The position numbers and the translations under genes were made by a program. Shown here in pieces: positions 1-11,579 of a DNA stretch of 64,000 nt; positions within the stretch are counted from its first letter, which is position 1; every line of letters starts with the position of its first letter. The notes beneath the pieces are model-generated. The model was not told where the DNA came from. It saw only the letters and a program-made list of their open reading frames with translations, and ran no database searches. The stretch lies in contig CAVQNT010000003.1 in the NCBI GenBank assembly GCA_963714275.1, forward strand, positions 64,001 through 128,000. Direction: 5' to 3'. The stretch comes from Candidatus Bathyarchaeota archaeon. GTDB taxonomy: Archaea > Thermoproteota > Bathyarchaeia > Bathyarchaeales > DTEX01.

Positions 1-1
1 A

Positions 2-969
2 GGATCTGGAAACGGTTACACCATAGGACACGCAATCTTTGCTTTGGAGAATGCTGAGGTTACTGTGACAAGAAATGACAGTATACAAGAACAATACAAG
101 ATTCCAGTGAACACATGGAAAGAGATATTGTGGCAACCTTTCAGAACATATAAAATTGTTTCAACAGGTTACATAATGATCCAGTCAGGAAGACCTGTGG
201 ATATTTGGGGATATGCTCGTTCGTTCTTTTTGCCTTCTACTGAAGGAGGGTTTATGGGCAATACCTTCTATTCGTGGTTCAACCTAGCTGGGACCCTATC
301 GAAGCCTATGGGTTCAGAGCGTCATCTGCCCAGGACGCGAAGATCACGGTTTTTAACCTTGAAACCAAACAACAAATACTGACAACAAACATACAAGCAG
401 GAAGCGGGTTCAGCTTTAAGCCTTCAGCAAACGCAATTGTCGTACAAAGCGACAAGCCAATCACGCTTCAATATCTCCACAACGGCTCAATTACTAATTC
501 ACAATATTCAACGGGACCCGGAATTTATGGTGCTTATGGATCAGGCGTTGCATACTTAGGTGTCAAGCCCAACGAGGATACTACGTTCTATCTTTCAGTG
601 GATTCGTATGTTGAAGCCTACATTTTCGCGTCCGAAGACACGGACATCACGTTAGATGGCAACAACGAGCCCATCAAAGCAGGCACCTACTTTTCGCTGT
701 CGACGCCTGGAACACATACAATAAGGGCAAACAAAAACGTAGTCGTTGAGACACTGAATTGGCCAAACACGCCAGAAAATCAAGGACTCGCATATGATGG
801 AGTCCAGATACCCAGCGTTCAAACAGTGGACATGGTTGTTGACGTAACATTGACTCCTCTTGGAGAAGGGTTCCCAATAATGTACGTGGTCATAGGAGCT
901 GCAGCTGCTGGAATATGCGTAATCGTGGCTTTTATTTTCATGAGAGGTCGAGGCAAAAAAATAGCGTAA
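2..969 (+). CDS. Membrane-anchored surface protein (IgGFc-binding N-terminal-like beta domains); 5'-truncated by the window edge; one frameshift near 280
   Basis: Frame open from base 2. ORFs 44-382 and 274-969 each align by eye with consecutive parts of paralog 45708-47189 (PSxEGGF, VQSDKPITL, PGTHTxR). Ends in EGFP + TM helix + basic tail. Confidence 0.7.
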
Positions 970-1124
970 ATTCCAAAAAAATAAGGGCTTTTTATAAGAA
1001 ACAGTGTGTGTATTTATTGTGGAGACTGCAATTTTTAGGGTTTTACTATCTAGCTCGATTATGTTCAAAAGAATAGTAAATGCACGATGATTGATTCGTT
1101 CAGACTATAAGAGAAGCAAAAAAT

Positions 1125-1929
1125 TCAATGTTTAGCAGAGTGCCACCAGAAGGATTCGGGTTTAACCTTATTTTTTAACTCGTCTTCTTCCCTTCTTTCT
1201 TTGTCTGTTAGAGAATAGTCTTTAAGATGTCCGACGAGACAGTCTTCTTCTAATTGCTCTAATGTTGTCACTCCCGGTACCACCGTAGCGTATTGGCTGA
1301 TTGAGAAGCCATTTTAACGCCAGTCTTGCTGGCAAAGCTCCCCAAGCAACGGGCTTCATAATAGTTATTCCAACCCCTTTGCTATTGCAAAGCGGGATAA
1401 GTTTTTTCAGCGGTTCACGCTCAACAACATTCATTGGTACTAAAATGATTTCAAAATTAAATCGCTCAAGCGCCATAATCAAGAGGCAGTCTTGATGACT
1501 AGTGCATCCAATATGCCTAATTAAGCCTTGATCACGCGCTTCTATAAGCGCTTCAAGCGCGCCTCCAGAGCCAAGTCGCACATCAATGTCTCGTTTGTCT
1601 TCTAGACAATGAAGATGATAATTATCTATGTAATCTGTCTGCAAACGTTCAAGAGACTCATGAATGCTCTTCCATGCTTCTTCTTTAGTCTTAGCACCAG
1701 TCTTGGAGGAGATGTAAATCCTTTTTCGATCATCCCCTAAACCTTGACCTAGATTAATTTCGCTATTAGTATAAGCATGTGCAGTATCAAAATAATTAAC
1801 GCCATAATCTAATGATTTTCGAATAATTTCATCCGGTTGCTTTGTTTTTGAAGTATCACCCAACCAGCCGCAGCCAAAACCAATGACTGAAACTTTAAGA
1901 CCTGTGTTCCCTAACTCTCGATATTGCAA
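1125..1929 (-). CDS. Aldo/keto reductase; frameshift near 1290
   Basis: MQYRELGNTGLKVSVIGFG, NYFDTAHAY, SKT, SLERLQTDYID motifs. Removing one base at ~1290 continues NQPIATVVPGVTTLEQLEED to a TGA at 1125. Confidence 0.88.
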
Positions 1930-2167
1930 TAAAACACCTCATTCAGCCAGTATTTCACTTTCCTCTCACAGCGTCTAACAAATTCACTACATCCTCTTCT
2001 ATTAGCCCCATATGTTTAATATTTACCATATTAGTGAGCTTAACTATAGTTAGTGAGCTAATTCGATCGACTTGGCTTTGTTTAGATAATGACAGATGCA
2101 TTTAAAAAAAATTTATGTAATTGTTGTTATCTTTGTTTATTAGAATTCAACGTTTGGAGACAATGAC

Positions 2168-3235
2168 ATGATCAGACTTGGCATAATAGGCACGGGTGGC
2201 ATGGGTAATCACCATGCTAGCCAATTCAGCAGCATTGAAGGAGTAAAGATCGTAGCCTGCTGCGACATTTCTGAACAGCGACGAAAGGCGTTTGCTAAAA
2301 AGTGGAAGGTTCCAGCTATGTATGAAGACTATCACGAAATGTTAGAAAGAGAGGAGATAGATGGCGTTGCCAATGTGACACTCGACGCGATGCACGCGCC
2401 GATCTCAATTGCTGCGATAGAGAAAGGTATCCCGATTCTGTGCGAAAAGCCCATGGCAACCAATGTTAATGAGGCTAGGCAGATGCTTGAAGCAGCAACC
2501 AAACACAAGGTTATCAACATGGTCAACTTCTCTTACCGTAGTTCAAGCGGACTGCAGGCAGCGGCAAAGGTAATCCGTCAAGGCAAGATCGGCAATATTA
2601 GGCATGTTGAGTCCAGCTATCTGCAAAGCTGGCTTGTAAATCGAGCATGGGGAGATTGGCGAAAATCAGAAGGTTTACTGTGGCGGCTATCAACGAAACA
2701 CGGAAGTACAGGCACCTTAGGAGACCTTGGAGTCCACATATATGATCTTACCAGCCTCCTATGCGGCGATTTTGCACAAATTCACTGCAAGCTAAAAAGT
2801 TTCGATAAAGGAGTTCTAGGAAACCAAATCGGCGAGTACGTTTTGGATGCCAACGACAGCTTCATCTCGGCTGTGATATTCAAGAATGGCGCCCTTGGAA
2901 CGATTACTGGGTCACGATGGGCAGTTGGGCAGATCAACAGCTTACAGGCCCATGTTTATGGGGACAAAGGTGCAGTTAAGATCGATTTGGACAAAGCATA
3001 TGATGAATACCGAATTTGCGTGGGTCAGAGAAATACTGACAAGGCCGTGTGGAAAACAGTAAAATGCCCTCCTACGCCAAATAATTATGAAAGATTCATC
3101 AATGCCATCAAAACTGGTATAAATGACCCGTCCGACTTCGCTAATGGCGTGAAGATCCAGGCTTTTCTCGAATGCAGCTTTGAGTCTGATCGTCTGGGCA
3201 GATGGGTCAGCATCGAATCTTATAAAAATGGCTAA
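2168..3235 (+). CDS. Gfo/Idh/MocA family oxidoreductase
   Basis: GIIGTGGMG Rossmann motif, CEKP, GDLGVHIYD. Confidence 0.93.
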   Translation: MIRLGIIGTGGMGNHHASQFSSIEGVKIVACCDISEQRRKAFAKKWKVPAMYEDYHEMLEREEIDGVANVTLDAMHAPISIAAIEKGIPILCEKPMATNVNEARQMLEAATKHKVINMVNFSYRSSSGLQAAAKVIRQGKIGNIRHVESSYLQSWLVNRAWGDWRKSEGLLWRLSTKHGSTGTLGDLGVHIYDLTSLLCGDFAQIHCKLKSFDKGVLGNQIGEYVLDANDSFISAVIFKNGALGTITGSRWAVGQINSLQAHVYGDKGAVKIDLDKAYDEYRICVGQRNTDKAVWKTVKCPPTPNNYERFINAIKTGINDPSDFANGVKIQAFLECSFESDRLGRWVSIESYKNG

Positions 3236-3263
3236 TAGGAGCGAAATAGAAGAGGTTAACTAG

Positions 3264-4241
3264 TCAGCCAGCCAGCTTTAGTTTTTTAACTGCTTTTTTC
3301 GCCCAGTTTGAATCATTAAAAAGTGCTCTGCCTACTGCTACCAAATCCACCTTTCCTTCCTTTATGATTTTATCTGCATATTCTGGTTCAGTGATTCCTC
3401 CAACGCCGATAATTGGAATCTTAACGACTTTTTTTATTTTATGGGCAATGGGGATAAAATAGCCCTGTCCAGTTTGAAGAGATTCTGGACTTGATCCACA
3501 GAAACCTCCTGAAACATGAATTACGTCGACACCAGCCTCTTCCATTTTAACAACAAATTTCTTAGAATCCTTAATATCGACACCAGCTGGGTCAAGGTCA
3601 ACTGCGCCCAGACGGTAAGACAGAATTTTCCCACTAAGTTTTTCTCTAACTCTTTCAACAACCTCTAAAGGAAAACGCATACGATTTTCCAAAGAGCCGC
3701 CGTAATTGTCAGTGCGTCTGTTCACAAGTGGCGAGAAAAACTGGTTCAGCAGATAACCGTGGGCACCGTGCAACTCAACTCCGTCGAAATCCGCTTTCAC
3801 AGCCCTCTCAGTAGCTAAAGCGAAGGCTTCAGTCACAGCCTCGATTTCTTTAACTTCCAGTTGCCTAGAACCCCCAAAAGGTGAAGGAGCAACTGGCTGC
3901 GTTCCAGTTATTTCAGCATTTGCCGATTTCCCAGCATGGTTAATCTGTATAATAACAGATGTACCTTTTTTGTGGATGCTGTGTGCAAGTTCCTTCAACC
4001 CAGAAACTAAGTTATCGCCGTATATGCCCAGCCGGTTTTGGCTGACCCTTCCTTCAATTGTTACGTAACTATGTTCAACAATTACTAAACCCAACGCTTC
4101 TGACCTTTGAACATAATGTTCAATCAACGAGTCGGTTACAGCTCCATTATTAGTAGCAAGGCCAGTATGCATGGGAGGCATTACAAATCGGTTTCTAAGC
4201 GTCAACCCTCGTATATTCAAAGGGTCAAGAATGCCAACCAA
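3264..4241 (-). CDS. NADH:flavin oxidoreductase (Old Yellow Enzyme family)
   Basis: LRNRFVMPPM, QINHAG, ELHGAHGYLLNQFFSP, NRRTDNYGGSLENRMRF. Confidence 0.93.
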   Translation of the reverse strand: MVGILDPLNIRGLTLRNRFVMPPMHTGLATNNGAVTDSLIEHYVQRSEALGLVIVEHSYVTIEGRVSQNRLGIYGDNLVSGLKELAHSIHKKGTSVIIQINHAGKSANAEITGTQPVAPSPFGGSRQLEVKEIEAVTEAFALATERAVKADFDGVELHGAHGYLLNQFFSPLVNRRTDNYGGSLENRMRFPLEVVERVREKLSGKILSYRLGAVDLDPAGVDIKDSKKFVVKMEEAGVDVIHVSGGFCGSSPESLQTGQGYFIPIAHKIKKVVKIPIIGVGGITEPEYADKIIKEGKVDLVAVGRALFNDSNWAKKAVKKLKLAG

Positions 4242-4394
4242 TTTTAATCTCCTTCATTTTTCATTGAATTAAGATCGTTATAAACATTCAGTTCACACCA
4301 TTACAAAATGGAGCTTTCTGTAGAAAGCCATGACCAAATTGTGGAAGTAGATGATAGAAAAACATGAATTCTCAGTTGAAAGCATTAAAGTGCA

Positions 4395-6174
4395 TTAGAG
4401 ATTAATGGTTTTCAATAGATTTCCTGTCACAAGCTCTTCATTATTAGGTGTCTTCACGAAAGCAGGGACGTTCCTTTGTTTTGTTGCCTTATATGATACG
4501 AAGAGCCATTCTCCGATGTCTAGCTCGGTTGTTTTGTCAAGCAGGTCGTAGCTTAGACTGAAAGCGTCTGCAATGACCATTCTGTCATAGAACCGTGGAA
4601 GCACACTGACAAAGTAGCTATGCAATTGCTGTAGGGCGTTCACGTTGAGGTGGGCTACACGCTGACTGCATATCCAGCAGTTCGCACGGTACTTTCTCCC
4701 CTGACGCAAAAGTGCCTCAACAGCTGTGTTTGATTGTTCTGTGAAATCCTCTCTTCTTGTTCTGTCAGGGATGAACTCTTGAGCCTCATCTAGGACTGTC
4801 AGCACCGTTCTTCCAACACCTCTTGTTTTCTTCAGCCACAATAAGCGATTTATGAAGCGGCTAACGACCTGTCGGGCAATGTCAGGTTCTGGAGTGTAAA
4901 CAATGCTTATGCCTGAAAAGTCTTCAGTTGCAACTTTGGCAGCTAGCCATTCAGCATTTCTGATAACCCCTTTTCCCTGCTTTTCCTTGGTGGGGGCTTC
5001 TCCATCTAAGACCTTGATTATGGCTTGAATGTCTTTTACAGTGCCAGACATATGATGAATAGAAGATTCGAACTCTTGCAGTATTGCTTTGAGCTCTTCT
5101 TTTGCTATATTATCCTTGGTAATATCTTCTAATAGGGTTTCGTCGCTGTATCCTCTTTCCAAGGTGAAGGCGTTCAGATTGTCAAGTGCTATTGTTGCTT
5201 GAATTACTTCTTTCTCTTTCCCTCGTGCTATTCCACCGACGAGTTCCAGTATGAGCCCCATAGTGAGAGGGATTGATTCTAGCGGGTAAGAAAGTGACAG
5301 CCTCTGAACCTTTCCGTCATCAACCAATTTCTTAATCGCCTGGGCAATAAGGTGCTTGTCGAGCTTCATTTCAAGTGTTTCCGGAATGGCTTGCGAATCC
5401 ATGATTCTATCAATGTCTTTACCAAAGTCTTCTGTCGAGAACAATTTTGGAGCAAGATCCAAGAGGTGTATAAGGTATTCTCCAGCAACATCGAAAACTA
5501 CAACAGATAGATTAGGTATACTTGCCAACGATTTCCTTAGAAGAATAGAGCTTAGATTTGACTTTCCGCAGCCGGTGAAGCCAAATATTCCAGTGTGGTA
5601 ACGAACCATCTCAGACATTTTTACCGTAAGTGGGAGATCAAAACCGATAAGTGTTCCAACTTCTACCCCGCCTGCTATGCACAGAAAATCATTAACAATC
5701 TGTCTAGAAAGAATATTAGCTTCGCTTCCTACTAACGGCGTTAAATTTGACCTTTCAAAAGCAAGCCTATCATCATGAATGTTCATTCTATAATTTGTGG
5801 GGACAGCAACCACATCAATCCATGTTTCCTCACTAGCCTTCCAGCTGCTGTCAATAGTTTCCAAGAACTCCTTCCGAATCACCTTTGGCACAGAAATGTC
5901 CATGCCAAGCATTTGATAATGCATCGGACGGACACCCACAACCTCATAAATAATAAAAGTCTCGCCACCACCTGTTGGCCTTTTAAAAGTCTATAAAATT
6001 TGGCTCATGCAGTTTGTCCAAGACTTCAAGACTGAACTTTGCTTCAGCCACAGCAACCTGGCTTGTTACAGTTACCTCACCCTCCCTCATCCTGGAGGTT
6101 CTAGTCGATATCCTGTGGGCTCTCAAACGTGCAGAAAACCCGCCGTTCATTTCATCAAACACTTCATACAACAC
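4395..6174 (-). CDS. herA: HerA/FtsK-family ATPase (DUF87-like); frameshift near 5990
   Basis: Walker A GFTGCGKS, FDVAGEY, Walker B VLDEAQEF, RQGRKY. ORF 5983-6174 joins 4395-5939 after removing one base (NFIAFKRPTGGGETFIIYEVVGVRPM). Overlaps the nurA stop. Confidence 0.85.
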
Positions 6175-7976
6175 TATATCTCCATTAACGCTGCTTTTTC
6201 ACGCGCTCCCTCAGTCTCTCTCCTAATATCCCTAAATCTACGGGCTATAGTGAATATCTTTTGCTTCCTAGAGAGACTTCCTAACTCAAGATCAGCTACG
6301 CCTCTAAGCATACCCTTCATCATCTTCACCTCATTTTTGACAGCTTTGTCAGCTAAGTACAACAACTGGTTATGACCTATTGCTTCGATAACTTCGGGAT
6401 TGTCACACTTCGAAAGAAGACAGAGAATAAAGGTGTCAAGGGGATTCTCTTTCTTGCCTTCCCAAAAGGGATGAATCAAAGCTTTTCTTCCCCTTTCAAA
6501 AACTTCAATGTCCGCACCATAAGCATTGTCGATTTTAGGCACATAAAACCTGTCATAAAGAAACGTGGGAGATCGGACTTCAAAATCTGACTTGAACTCT
6601 CTGAGCTGAAAATAGCCCTTGACAAACTGTCTCTCCATAGAAACTACTTGTCTAGCAGCTCTCATCGGAACATCTCCTTCCCCTTCAATAAGAGTCGTGA
6701 AACAAGAATCATAGCTAAGTGTGCGCCAAGGAACCCTGAAAAGGCCAGGATTAGTACTACTGAGTATGGTTAAAAATGCGCGGTCATGCCTAAGATTAGG
6801 AAGCTTCTCCTCTTTGGGTATCAAGCCCTCAATTCTGGCATAGGGAATGGCTGCACGTATGTAATCTGAGGCAGAGGTGTCCTTAGCTATCCCGACAACA
6901 AGAACATTACTGGTCAGAGCCTTCTCCCTAAGCATTTGAATTAACATGACATTAACAGCGTTCATGTCAAGAACGGTTAACCAAGATTCGCCTTTCCCCA
7001 ACATCAACGGATGCTCAGAAGAATTGAAGACTGTCTCCACAACTTGTGTAGTAGTGTCCTTAACTCTTAACCAATAGTCTTTCACGTGACCCTTGAGTCT
7101 AATAACGGGATTCTCACGTTCTAAGTCGATGTCTTCAGCAAGAAGCCCATTATCCGAAGACTTATGCATCTTAACAAGCCTTTTAAGAAGCCTTTTGCCA
7201 GCCTTATCAGAAATCCCCAATCTTACCGACAATTCCTGTGCTGAGAGCTCACCAACCTGCAACAATTTTTGAACAGCAACAAAAGGAAGATACTGGCTCC
7301 TATCTGACACCCAATTCATTCCAGAACCAAGAACAGACGCTAAACTTAAGTCAAGAAGTGTAAGGGGACCATGAACAGTCTCTTTTCCGAAAAGAACCGA
7401 TCTCCTAATCCTCAGAAGCAGCCGAAGGTCTCTGGCTAAAGGTCCATGTGTACCATACAATGGCCTATCGAGAAATAGAAGCCGAACTCTGTCATCCTCA
7501 ATGGCCTTCAACGCTAGAGACAGCTCTGCCATCGTCATCAAGGCAAACGGTATACGTTCAGCAGACCTCGCTAAATCCTGCTCAGTAGAACCTTGCTCAT
7601 CAGTAACAAAGAAAAGGTCCTCAGTCCACAAAGGAACCGAAGCTGAAGCCGCAAGCCTCTCATCTCTGGAGACATTGTCTAGACTGAAATGAATCTCCTT
7701 GCCCACAGAAAAATCGCAGCGGAAACCAGAGGCACAGACATAAAAAAGAAGCATTTCGAGAAGTTCATCAAACTCCATGGAACCGTCGATGCCAACCGCC
7801 ACATAATTGCCTGGCTCCAAGAAAGCAGCCTGAACATCAGAGGACTTAGGACACCTAATACAGGGACTCAGCCTTTCCCTGTTCCTTAGCTCTTGTATCC
7901 TGCTGGTAAGTAAATCAGCCAACTCTGAAGTCTGCTTCCTAAGTCTCTCCGCAAGAAGAACCATTTTAGACCCCAA
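6174..7976 (-). CDS. nurA: NurA-family nuclease, long form with probable wHTH insertion
   Basis: VGIDGS, LFLDRPL, VVGIAKD and HNQLLYLADKAVK NurA-like motifs. Translationally coupled to the HerA gene. Confidence 0.78.
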   Translation of the reverse strand: MGSKMVLLAERLRKQTSELADLLTSRIQELRNRERLSPCIRCPKSSDVQAAFLEPGNYVAVGIDGSMEFDELLEMLLFYVCASGFRCDFSVGKEIHFSLDNVSRDERLAASASVPLWTEDLFFVTDEQGSTEQDLARSAERIPFALMTMAELSLALKAIEDDRVRLLFLDRPLYGTHGPLARDLRLLLRIRRSVLFGKETVHGPLTLLDLSLASVLGSGMNWVSDRSQYLPFVAVQKLLQVGELSAQELSVRLGISDKAGKRLLKRLVKMHKSSDNGLLAEDIDLERENPVIRLKGHVKDYWLRVKDTTTQVVETVFNSSEHPLMLGKGESWLTVLDMNAVNVMLIQMLREKALTSNVLVVGIAKDTSASDYIRAAIPYARIEGLIPKEEKLPNLRHDRAFLTILSSTNPGLFRVPWRTLSYDSCFTTLIEGEGDVPMRAARQVVSMERQFVKGYFQLREFKSDFEVRSPTFLYDRFYVPKIDNAYGADIEVFERGRKALIHPFWEGKKENPLDTFILCLLSKCDNPEVIEAIGHNQLLYLADKAVKNEVKMMKGMLRGVADLELGSLSRKQKIFTIARRFRDIRRETEGAREKAALMEI

Positions 7977-8269
7977 ACAGTATCAATTGTTCCAAAATTT
8001 ATCTTTTTTCTAAAGTGGCTAAACTCTTATCTTTCAATGACGCTCCAAACAACATTAATCTTGTTAGGGTAATGGTTGACATCCAAATTTTTTCCCCAGC
8101 CTTTGTGAATGTGAACGGAAAGCGCTAGGTCTTCCCTGTATGGTTATTGCACACAGGTTGAGGATCTCGTGAAGATAGCTGCTAATAAAATAAAATTCCA
8201 ACATGTTCATAAAGTTGACAGAGTAAATACTTAACCAAAAAGTTACAGTAACTCTAGAAGAAGTATCAT

Positions 8270-10931
8270 ATGAATAAAAATGGTGAATGGAAGACAATTC
8301 AGGGCGATCATTGCAGAACTGGACGCGTAGAGATGCCGGGTAATATTAAAAGCCCAAAGATTGTCTGGAACCTAGATACATCTGCCAACGAAATATACTT
8401 CCTTGTCAATGCGGACAAAATGGGCTGGCAGAGCCACACCATCAAACTGACTGATGTACCAAAATGGAACAGTGAGATGGAAGAGCATTGGGGTTTACGA
8501 ACTACAAAAGTGGATGTAAGCGGGGACGGAATGTTACATGATATCTTTGAAACGCCTCCGCTCGAAGTGTGGGGAAAATTTTTGCCGGAGGTGCCAGGCT
8601 ACCAGAAGATACGTTTCACGAATACCTGGACTGGTCCTGGACAAGCCAACTTGCAGCTACTTTCATATGAGAATGGTATCGATAAGCCCAGAATAGTGTG
8701 GGACATAAAGTTCGAACCCAAAGCGGAAGCTCCAATGTTAATTGTTGTTGATGTAGACGGAGACGGCCGGTTGGAGATCGCTGTGTCCCACTGGTACGGC
8801 GTAACCGTCTACGACCTGTATACTGGGGCAATGAAGTATCAAAAATTTTATCGTGGAAGCGATTTCGGCCGTCAGTATGGCCATTTCAGTGCAGTCATGT
8901 TTCCAGACGGCAGGGTGGCTCTTCTAGTAGTTGGCGATTTTTCGCCACATATTAGTGTGCTGATGGTTCGGGATGGTAAACTTGAAGTGCTCTGGTACCT
9001 CACATTCGAGAATGACCGCAATCAAGGTATCGATCGGCGGGTGACTATCAACCGTGTGGGTCCCGACCCTGCCGACGACTATGACGGCGACGGCCAAGTT
9101 GAGGTCATGATGAACTTCTTCAACGGCGCGGGTGATGACCGCTGGCACCTCATCGGATATGACGCCCTAACCGGTCGGGTGAAATATGATATTGGGGATT
9201 TTTACTTGGATGGCACCGTTGATGTTGACGGTGATGGTCGAAAAGAATGGGTTGGACGCCGTTATGGTGGTCGAGCTCTTAATACCTATGCACCTTTGCT
9301 CATTCTAAAACCTACTAATGGAAGTAAGACATGTGAAATCTGGAGTTTCCCGCGGGGCCACTGGTCGCTACGCCGGATTCTGCCAAGGCTGACAGTCCAA
9401 ACCTTTCAGTCAATAGGCACAAGGGTGCTCGAACTGGTGTCACACGGAAATGAGCAAGGAACGGGAGCCATCCTTTTCTTTACTGAACCGGTAAGCGACA
9501 CAAATATTGAGAAGCTTTCAGCCTTGAAATTTGAAATTGGCAAGCCGATTATTTTATGGGCTGTTGAAGGTTCATCCTATGGCAGATTGAATGCTCTCTC
9601 AGTCCGCGACGAAGGTGTGCTCGTTCGGCTTGAGCAACCTCATAGTCGTTTCGCAGAGATGCGTGCTGAAAATGCCAGCCTTGAAGCCATAGGCTTGGGA
9701 TGCTTGGTTTACTTTGCACCGCAGCCACTGGTTCTCAAAGATGGTAATAAAGCCCATATCATTGTGGCCACATCAGCCTGGCAGATTTGCTGTTTCCAGT
9801 CTCAAGGTCAGCGGGAGCCTAAGATGCTCTGGGCTTACCCGGGGAGACCGATGTCGACCAGTCGGTCCTCTCGTGATTCATGGTTTGGTCTGGAAGCTGG
9901 CGACATAGACGGTGATGGCGTCTCTGAGGTTCTTTACGTGACTGAGAATCCTGGGGGTGGAGCTCGCGTCTTTGCTAGGGATTTGGATGGCACGATTCGT
10001 TGGCAGTATGATTTTCCAGGGTTTTGTGGTTATGTTGCCGAATGGGGTGACTGCATGACGACCTTTTGGACTGCTGGTCGTTTCATCAGGGCTGATCGTT
10101 TTGACGTTTTTGTCAGCAACCGCCGTTCGACTATGCATAGTGATGAGTCTGTGGTAATCGATACACAGAAGAACAGCATAGTTTGGCAAAAGGATACGCT
10201 TGAAGTACGCGAACCATGGACGAGTGCATATCAACACACACGTGGGTATGGGGGCTCACTACCAGCACTTGCCGATTTTGACAATGATTGCCTAGATGAC
10301 ATTGTGCTCACATATCCTTGTGAACTCTCGATCGTGAAGGGTAAAGATGGTAGTCGAGCTCTTCGTTGAAAACATGGGTCCCGTGGCAGGTACACACTCG
10401 ATCGACCGACCGGATCAATCAGGCTTCTGGCTAATAGGCGGAAAAATACTCGTTGCAGATCTTGATGACGACGGAGTGAAGGAAACTTTGGTGACGCATC
10501 CCGGAATGCTTATAGTTTTTAAGCACAATGATCAGCGTAGCTGGATAGTTTGGCGAACCGAGCCTGGAGATGGTATTACCATTCTGCCTGCCATAGCGGA
10601 CACTGATGGTGATGGCGTTTTTGAACTTGGCCTGCCAGGGTGCCGCGATGGCTTTCGATGTGTTGACCCTAAGACAGGCAGAGTTCTCTGGAATATGGTG
10701 GGAAGCGCCTCTTCCAACTGTGTGGCATGCGATATTGATAGTGACGGACGAGAGGAATTTCTCTATGCTGATGGCGAATTACTCAGAGCGGTCAGAAACG
10801 GAAATGTTGTATGGGAGGCAAAATTACCAGCCAACATTACACAACTGGCTATCGCAGATGTAGACGGTGATGGCACCTCAGAAATTCTAACTGGCGCTGA
10901 AGATGGAAAAATGTATTGCATAGATGGATAG
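8270..10931 (+). CDS. Large FG-GAP/VCBS-repeat (beta-propeller) protein; frameshift near 10355
   Basis: Many DxDGDGxxE repeats in both ORFs 8270-10369 and 10347-10931. Confidence 0.8.
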
Positions 10932-11108
10932 ATGATGGTTCGTGGAAAATATTCAATTTGCTTATTATAATGGTAATGTTTACTCTTTTGTTTCTGACAT
11001 AAATGCATAAAATTATCTGGGATAAATGAGTTCGAAGTTTTCACAGATCACCAAAAGGTCTTCTTTCATCACGAATCCCAGTTTCTGACCTACTCGGGTC
11101 CAATACTT

Positions 11109-11240
11109 TCAGTGTTCTCTCCTCCAAGATTCAAGGACGGGCTGACGTTGATTTTTCTGACATATTTCTTTGATCAGACACCTTTCGCACCATCTCTTTG
11201 AACACAACTTAGATCCTATTGACCATGAGAGTAGTAATTT
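11109..11240 (-). pseudogene. C-terminal remnant resembling an HhH-GPD/endonuclease III Fe-S loop
   Basis: Manual translation WSIGSKLCSKRWCERCLIKEICQK (C-x4-C-x2-C-x5-C) with no start codon. Truncated next to a repeat element. Confidence 0.4.
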
Positions 11241-11292
11241 AAGTGTTCAAAAATCTGAACTGCAGTTCAAAAAAAATGCTAGGAACTCCTGA

Positions 11293-11375
11293 ATATGTAT
11301 GTGGGAGAGCGAGAGTAAGAACGTAAACAAATTTCAGAGAGAGAAAAAGATTAAAAATTAATTCCCAAACTTAAA
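11293..11375 (-). repeat. Dispersed intergenic element, copy A
   Basis: Minus strand reads GTTTGGGAATTAATTTTTAATC then a CT-rich arm. Confidence 0.65.
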
Positions 11376-11579
11376 CTAACTATCTACCAAGGGCGCGTAT
11401 TAAATAATATGAAAGTAATAAAAAACAAGGGACCTTAAATCATGTGCGTTTCTTTTTCTGTTTTGATGAGGTATAAATAAAGAAATTTATGAAAACAAGT
11501 CTAAGGAACAATTCTATCTAATGGCTTTTGGGTCAATGAAACAAATATTTTATTTAGTGATTAAAGGAAATATGTTTTC

